Positions 56,220 to 64,000 of a DNA stretch of 64,000 nt are shown one piece after another (positions within the stretch are counted from its first letter, which is position 1; every line of letters begins with the position of its first letter). The notes beneath the pieces are model-generated. The model saw only the letters and a list, made by a program, of their open reading frames with translations, ran no database searches and was not told the DNA's origin. A program made the translations under genes and the position numbers. The stretch covers positions 100,688,001 through 100,752,000 of the forward strand of contig OX597819.1 of the NCBI GenBank assembly GCA_951406725.2, read 5' to 3'. This stretch comes from Octopus vulgaris. Lineage: Eukaryota.

Positions 56220-56760
56220 TAGTATATTTTGTATGGCAAAAATCACTACGATATTTTTTCCAGAGACAGTATATACGACGGACGCGCTGTATTTAAAAAC
56301 AAAAAAATGTATATATCCGAGAGAGATTGAAATCGTCTCACCTGCTGCTCATGAAAACTTTTGATGCATTTCTGCTTCCTTAGGCATTATCAATAACGTA
56401 TACCCAATGACAGTATACTTAAACGAAATCCATCACCACACACATGTACGAAAACAGTGACAAGCAAGCATTGATGATGTGAATAGCCGCCCGTTCTATA
56501 TAATGATATGTTACTCAGCTGGGTAGCCTCCTGCAACATCATTGTGTATAATTGCGAGACCTTATCGCTGTGAGTGTGTTTTTCCTAAAACTGTTGAGTA
56601 CTGTTGAGTACGTTTATGTACGATTATCTATATTTAGCCGTAACAAACTTGGATTCATATTCACGGAAGCTGTATGAAATTATGTGTTCCTGCGTGTATG
56701 CATCTACATGTGTATGTGTGTGAACGCACGCGCGCGTGTGGTTGCTTACGTTCATGTGTG

Positions 56761-57062
56761 AAGGATCGTGGCTGGCAGGTTAGGGACATTCGGTTCTAGA
56801 TCATAAGTTTATGAGTTCGAAACCTGGCACTGAGTTGCGTCCTTGAACAAGACAATTTATTTCATGTTGCTCTCTAGTCTACTCAGCTGGCAAAAAAATG
56901 AGTCATACCTGTGCTTTAAATGGTCAAAATTGTCACAGCGTGTGTCACACTGAATATCCCTCCTGAGAACAAAAAGTGCTCAGCCTCTTGCACGCTAATT
57001 TCACGAGCAGGTTGTTCCGTTGATTGGATCACCTACAGCTCCCGTCCTTCTAAACAACGTAC
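56761..57062 (+). mobile_element. SINE family D
   Basis: B-box gagttcgaaacc and CORE-like tccttgaacaagaca. Paralogue of 13623-13935. Confidence 0.75.
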
Positions 57063-57313
57063 CAGTTATTGTGTGTGTTTGTGCATATATGTGTCTGCAT
57101 TCATACATACATATATACGTACATATATAGATACATGCATATACATATATATACATATGTATATACATATAGAAATACATGCATATACATATATATATGT
57201 ATATATATGTGTATATATATGTATATATATGTATGTATATATATATATATATGTATATGTATATATATGTATATATATATGTGTGTATATATATGTATAT
57301 ATATGTATGTATA

Positions 57314-57395
<82 letters not shown>

Positions 57396-57587
57396 GAAGT
57401 AAATATATGGCACAACGAAGTACCGATATTTACTGGAAATAGCGAACGTAATAATACGACGCTAATGTATAGCTTCACCGCGTATGTACTAGCAAAAATG
57501 CGTGAATGCAACAAACTTGAAAAAAATTGTCTTACCTCCAGGGAGAACATCTGTAAGATGAAATACCTAGAAAAGGATAATGTGGGA

Positions 57588-57655
57588 CCGGGGCCGGTTT
57601 CAGATTTTTCAAGATATGCCTGCATACATATACTTGATCTATCTTCATCAGCCAA
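57588..57655 (-). ncRNA. Near-intact type I hammerhead within a TA-flanked island (about 57393-57772)
   Basis: Minus strand UUGG-CUGAUGA-AGAU..UCAAG/CUUGA..AUCU-GAA-ACCGGC-C-CCGG. Position 16.1 is C instead of U. Confidence 0.65.
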
Positions 57656-57780
57656 ACATATACCACGACAACATTTCAGATGTTACCACATTAATGCCAA
57701 TACACTCGACTGAAACGCTGAAACGCTAACAGAACGAGAACGGTGAAGAAGTTTCAATAAAATTAGTAATGCATATATAT

Positions 57781-57939
57781 ACGACGGGCTTGTTTCAGTT
57801 TCCGTCTGCCATATCCACTCACATGGCTTTGGTTGGCCCGAGGCTATAGTAGAAGACACTTGGCCGAGGTGCCACGCAGTGGGACTGAACCCGGAATCAT
57901 GTAGTTCGTAAGCAAATTACTTACCACAGCCACTCCTAT
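57781..57939 (-). mobile_element. SINE family B, 5' half
   Basis: Reverse complement of the family B head. Confidence 0.9.
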
Positions 57940-57988
57940 ATGTATATATGTATGTATATATATATATATATATATATAATTTATATAA

Positions 57989-58050
<62 letters not shown>

Positions 58051-58053
58051 CAT

Positions 58054-58318
58054 AGCCTTGTGAGTGGTTTTGGTAGACAGAAACTGAAAAAGCCCGTCGC
58101 ATATATGAGTTTGTGTTTGTGTATCTGTGTTTGTCCTCCGCCATTGCTTGACAACCGATGCTGGCGTGCTTATGTCACCGTAAATTAGCAGTTCAGCAAA
58201 AGACACCGATAGAATAAGTACTAGGCTTACAAAGAACAAGTCCTGGGGTCGATTTGTTCGACTAAAGGCGGTGCTCCAGCATGTCCGCGGTCAAATGACT
58301 GAAACAGATAAATGATTG
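58054..58318 (+). mobile_element. SINE family B, 5'-truncated
   Basis: agccttgtgagtgg...ggcggtgctccagcatgtccgcggtcaaatgactgaaac. Confidence 0.9.
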
Positions 58319-59068
58319 AAACAGAAGAAACAGATAAAACACAAACATACACAACACACAATGTTTCTTCGGGATATGTACTATTTCTCTTTTTTTTTTT
58401 TTTTGAGCCTTCAGCCCATATGCTGTCTAATAGTTCCTCGATGATTCTGCTCTAATGAAATGATGCTTACTATTATGCGCAGAACATGTGATAGAATTGG
58501 CAAGAGTGTATCATTGTGACTGACAAAGAAAGCAAAAACTATCCAACTACTATATGTGTCAGGGCATCACATTGCCGTCAGTGAGTAGTAACGTTTTCTA
58601 AACTGTGTAGGGATACGTATACTATGCACTCAAGCCTATTTATCTGGGCCGAGCGTGAGAGAGAGAGAGAGAGAGTGAAAGAAAGCGTGTGTGAGAGAGA
58701 GACTGTGTGAAAGAAAGTGAGAGAGAGTGAAAGAGTGTGAAGAATGAGAAAGAGACAGAGGATAAGTATGGAGGCAGACATATATAATCAGAGGAAGTCT
58801 AACAGTAAGTGAAAGAGAGAGAGAGAGAAGGGGAACCGACCATATTTCTGTAATTTTATTCAACTAACGAGTTGATGGTAAACTTAAGCTCAGAGGTATT
58901 TGAACTTAAAGCGCAAAGCTCGAAACTCTCAGAACTTCTAACAATTTACATCATTGCTTGTCCGAAAAATAGCTACATATACATACATACACATGAACAT
59001 TCATGCCCATGTATACATATGCGGCGAAACTAGTAGACTATATGTATAATCTATTTTGTAAAATATAT

Positions 59069-59122
<54 letters not shown>

Positions 59123-59234
59123 CGTGTATGTATGTATGTATGTATAAATTGTAAGCATTTTTTCCTTCGTTTGTTATATATCATCTTATAGAAGACATCA
59201 CATGGAGAAAAATCTCTTCCAGGAAACTCATAAC

Positions 59235-59278
<44 letters not shown>

Positions 59279-59394
59279 GGAGTAAGCACATAAATGTGAA
59301 ACAAGGTGGAAAAAAAGAGCTCCCAAATACCAGAAGTAGAGTAATATGCTTTATTTAAAAGCAGCAGAAATATAATAAAAGCTGTTACTCAGAG

Positions 59395-59590
59395 TGTGTG
59401 TCTGTGCTTGTCTCTAGCACCATCGCTTGACAACCGATGTTGGTGTGTTTACGTCTCAGTAACTTAGTGTTTCAGTAAAACAGAATAAGTACTAGGCTTA
59501 CAAAGAATAAGTTCTCAGGCCGATTTCTTCGACTAACGGCGGTGCTCTAGCATGACCGCTGTGAAATGACTGAAACAAGTAAAATACCAA
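59395..59590 (+). mobile_element. SINE family B, 3' half
   Basis: catcgcttgacaaccgatgttggtgtgtttacg...gactgaaacaagtaaaa. Confidence 0.88.
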
Positions 59591-59609
59591 AAGACTAAAA
59601 GACTATATC

Positions 59610-59692
<83 letters not shown>

Positions 59693-60341
59693 AGAAAGAG
59701 AGGAGGGAGAGGGAGAAAGAGTGGATGAGAAAGAAACAGAATGACAGACAGATATGCTGATTAAGAAATAGGGTTCTATTCGGTAAATGATGTATTTGAA
59801 TCTTGTTCGTATATGAGAACCTTATTATTATCATGAACGCAGACCAACGTCATTTTACATCTTCTTCCTCTATATTACAGTAACACAATACAAAGTTCAC
59901 AAATCATACTTCACTCGTAGTTGTAAATGATATTGTCGTTATTACGTGTCCACAGTGTAGCAGTTCTATGGCTTTATGATAATGGCACCAGATCATCATA
60001 AATATGGCAGTCGTGTGCAACAATAGCTGTTCACAGCACATGACAATTGTAGACGTCAACCTAACTACTTGATGGCAATTGAGTTTCTGATATGGATTTC
60101 TGAATATTAGAAACCAAATCAAAATTTTCATTATAAGATAATAAACGTATATACATCCACGCAACCAGTCAAATACGCGCGCGGGCGTGTGTATATTTGT
60201 GTGTATATGTGTATGCATTATGCTTGTAAATAAATACAGTGAGAGGGCGATAGAGATAGATAAACAGATATATGCATAAGCGCATATATGAATATATTGA
60301 CACACACACACTTACGCACTCACACGCATACACACACATAG

Positions 60342-60487
60342 ACGACGGGCTTCACTCAGTTCACAAGTCTTTGGTCGGCCCGTGGTTATAGAAGAAGACA
60401 CAAGCCCAAGATGCCATCCAGTGGGATTGAACTCGTGACCATGTGGTTGGGAAGTAACCTTCTTACCACATAGCCACGCCTGCCCTT
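60342..60487 (-). mobile_element. SINE family B, 5' half
   Basis: ttaccacatagccacgcctgccc is the reverse complement of the family B head. Confidence 0.85.
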
Positions 60488-60506
60488 ATATATATATATA
60501 TATATA

Positions 60507-61260
60507 TGGGAGTAATTGTGGACAACAACATAAGCTGGGCCACTCATATAAACACCAAAGTTGACATGGCCCGCAGAATGTGTTCCTGGATTCTCAGAAC
60601 TTTCCAGTCGAGAGATATTCACACCATTATCCTTCTCTTCTCCACTTTTGCCCGACCCCACCTTGAATACTGTTGTCCACTGTGGTCTCCCCACACAATA
60701 CAAGGTATCATAAAAGTTGAAGCACCTCAAAGGGCAATCACAAAAAAGATAGATGGCATGACAGGCCTCGACTATTGGGGTCGACTAGAAAAGCTAAAAC
60801 TCTATTCTCTCCAACGTCGTCGTGAGCGCTACATCATCTGCATGATGTGGAAAATATTCCATCAGCATTGCCCAAATGATGTTGGCATCACCTTCAAGGT
60901 ACATCCAAGGCTTGGGCCCCGTGCCATCCGCCCAAAACAAAAATCGCACTCTCATCTCATAACAACAATACGGCACAATTATTTCACCTCAATTGGCCCC
61001 GCTCTCTTTAACATTACACCAAAACACATTAAAACAGAAACTGACCCTATAGGGTTCAAGAAGTCTTTGGACAGATTCCTTCAAGAAATCCCGGATAAAC
61101 CCCCTACATCCGGATATGTCTCTGTAAACAATAACTCTCTACTTGAGTGGGCCATAGTGCCCAAATTCTGACTTGAAAGACTTCACCAGGTGGTGCTATT
61201 AAGTTAGACATGGCCTGGGCCAATAATGGCCGAAACCTATCAAAGTATCAAAGTATCAAA

Positions 61261-61261
<1 letters not shown>
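60507..61261 (+). mobile_element. 5'-truncated CR1-like LINE (ORF2 C-terminus, 3'UTR, (TATCAAAG)3 tail) inserted in (TA)n
   Basis: Uninterrupted 221-codon frame 60506-61171 (GVIVD..W..HI, RPHLEYCCPLWSP, LKLYSLQRRRERY, FKKSLDRFL). Tandem octamer tail. Confidence 0.93.
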
Positions 61262-61342
<81 letters not shown>

Positions 61343-61657
61343 GAGAACCGCTTCGGTCATGAATGACCATGGGATTGCACCTAGAAAGTCACTCTCCGAG
61401 GCACAAATTTGGGCAAGGTTGTTTAGGGAAGGCCAGCTGTCGCCTCACTCCACACCACCAGTGTTATCCAAGGGAAAGGCGACGGCCGATACAGCTTGGC
61501 ACCAATGATGTCGCAACTCATTTCTACAGCTGAGTTAACTAGAGCAACGTGAAATAAAGTGTCTTGCTCAAGAACACAACACGAAGCCCGGCCCGGGAAT
61601 CGAACTCGCAATCTCACGATCGTAAGCTCGACGCCCCAACATCTGAGCCATGCGCCT
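61343..61657 (-). mobile_element. tRNA-derived CORE-like SINE (family D head, different 3' part)
   Basis: Minus strand ggcgcatggctcag...gagttcgattccc...gttcttgagcaagacactttatttcac. Confidence 0.88.
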
Positions 61658-61664
61658 TAAATAT

Positions 61665-62335
61665 ACTTTTGGAAGGCATGCACCAACCACTCCTGATGTG
61701 AAGCAGGCCCAACTGCCCCTTGTTAATGTTTATCTCTCTCTGTGCCTCTTATTCCCTTGTTTCTATGTTGATCACTTAGGTGTCTAACACTATAATGGTG
61801 ACGTTATTTGTGTATGCAAATGCAGATCTTTTGCATCGAAATTCTCGTTGATACTCGTCAAAACTCCCGTTTCTGCAGTAATAGGTCTACAATCAGTACA
61901 CACAAGAACAGGTGAGAGGTGTCACACATGCTGGACTGAACGTAGGATATCGAGGGACCTGACTGCTGACCACTATGACCACAGAGGAAATGTCGCTGTG
62001 TAGTGCAGTGACCCATGTTCTTAAAACGGTCCTGAAATTAATTGCTTTGAGAACCGCCGCCAAATTTTGCTGGCCGAACCTATCGAAAGCATTTTGATCT
62101 AAATTTGACAGTGTCTTGTCCATGCTAGTTTCTTTACTTGCCGTTTCTGTTCTGTATCCGCTGAAATGGAGGTTGACATAGATGGACCTCTTTGAGATGG
62201 CACATATTTGCACATTACCAGCTGGACCATCCTTGACAACCGCCAACTCCTTGCCAAACACCTTAGCCATAATCTTGATCTCTGCATTTAGAACAATTAC
62301 TGGCTCAAAATTATCAAATTCGTACCCTTTTTCGT
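61665..62335 (-). pseudogene. Decayed Tx1/L1-clade reverse transcriptase fragment
   Basis: PVIVLNAEIKIMAKV, RSIYVNL, NLDQNAFDR, PLSPVL and AYTNNV (a decayed YADDV) occur in the expected RT order. Confidence 0.8.
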
Positions 62336-64000
62336 GGTGTCTTATCTTAAATATACTACTAAATCAAGGTTCACAGGAATGGAAATTCTCCGAAACTGCT
62401 GTCAGGTGCAGTACAAATTTTCCAAGGCAGAAGTTACCTAGGGAATCTGACAAAACCGATATATCTACGAAGATGAAAACTAAAGAAAATAGTTTTACGG
62501 CATCCTTTTGAGCATATAGCCGCTGGGCTCTCCAGTTACTAAATGGTTGAAAGTTATCAACTGTGGAGGAGAGTATAACATTTATAAAATGATGTAAAGT
62601 TATATGTTAGCAGCGATATATCTTTTCGGGGGTAGGTTCATATAATAGGAAGAGAATAAATATAATTAGTGTAATTCATTATTAGATATAATCCAAAGAT
62701 CACAAACGCGTATAATTGTAAAGTATAAAGGTAGAGATAGCTATGAATAAAGTTAGAGAAATTAGAGGTCCCACAAAATGTCCCACAAAGCGGGTAATCA
62801 AGAAGTGGGAGGCCTAAACAAAATATGTAGATTGATATGAACGATCGATACGCTGGACCTTTACGAACTTCGTTAATTTACAATAAATATTATCAAAATC
62901 GCACTTAGATGACAATAAGCTCAGGTAATTCAAACAAGACTACGTTGAACAATGTAGTCCTAGTTATATTTTGTGAAACGTATTACCTAGATTTGCTTAC
63001 AATCACATTAGTAGGTTTTAAAATGTAATAATATACCATATCAGTATCATCAAAATATAGAATAAAAGAGAGATAGCTATGGATGTGTGCTTTTATAATA
63101 CATCTGTTCTATCAAAAATGATATGGGTTTTAACTACAGCAAAATCCCCTTGGCAAAATGAATCAGAAAAAAAAACTGAAGCCTGTTTTTTAAAAGTAAT
63201 TTTTAGATGTGCGCCCGTGAAGGACTGCCATCGATGATATAGAATATCGATTAATAGTTCTTTTATCGATCCACGAAGAGTAAAAATGTAATGTGAAACT
63301 CAGTTGAGATTTGAACCAAACACATAAAATGTCATAGCCGAAAGGCGGAAGGCATATAACAGTAACAGTAAATGAATATGAATAAAACAGCTCCCCCATA
63401 AATAGCAATATCATTTTCATCATCATAAACAATATCAACAACAGCTATAGAACAGTAGCAACAACATCAATATAATGACTTATTGTTAGCGTGGTTATGA
63501 CATGAACAACAATGACAATGAAGAATGAGATGGCTATCAATCAACAGACCCATCAACAACAACAACAACAACACAATGTTATAAAATAAAGAAAAAAATT
63601 AAAACAGTGAACAAAAACGAAATATTATCAAATAACAATTTCAAAAATAACAGCAAATGAAACAAATAAAAAAATGTTAACAGCAAAAACCAGTTGGGCA
63701 ATAGGAAGAAGAAGAAAAAGGTTGGTGGATAATTTTATAAAAAGTAATTAAAGCCATTCAGTCCAGATGGAATTTCTTCATTTGAAGACATTTATGATTT
63801 TTATTGTTGTTGACAGCCATGATTATAATTTTCATAAGTCTTCTCAACTCACCCGACATGGATTATCGGAAATTAAAATAATAACAACAGCAACAGCACC
63901 AACAATAGCTATAACAACAGCAACAACAACAAAACAACGAGAGAGCTTCTTTAGGGTCACTACATGTGCTAGAAATAGCTTACACACATCCATTATATTA

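Overview
AT-rich, microsatellite-saturated eukaryotic non-coding DNA. The SINE families, (TA)n/(CA)n/(TAGA)n density and LINE types resemble an Octopus (coleoid cephalopod) genome; this is an inference from pattern recognition. I found no supportable host protein-coding gene, and most ORFs in the supplied track are microsatellite artefacts. The window holds about 30 tRNA-derived SINE copies or fragments from four to five families, CR1-like, Dong/R4-like and Tx1/L1-like LINE fragments, decayed Tc1/mariner elements, a TTAA MITE and a probable non-autonomous Helitron. The main hidden signal is a set of short unique islands embedded in (TA)n tracts. These carry minimal type I hammerhead ribozyme (HHR) folds of the kind associated with Penelope-like elements (PLEs). 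One has an intact core (18480-18527, minus strand) and one is near-intact (57588-57655, minus). A third sits inside a ~285-bp near-perfect palindrome and has a compensated G3-C8 core, GUGAACA (19606-19655). Several more are decayed. All coordinates were read by eye, so element boundaries may be off by a few bases.
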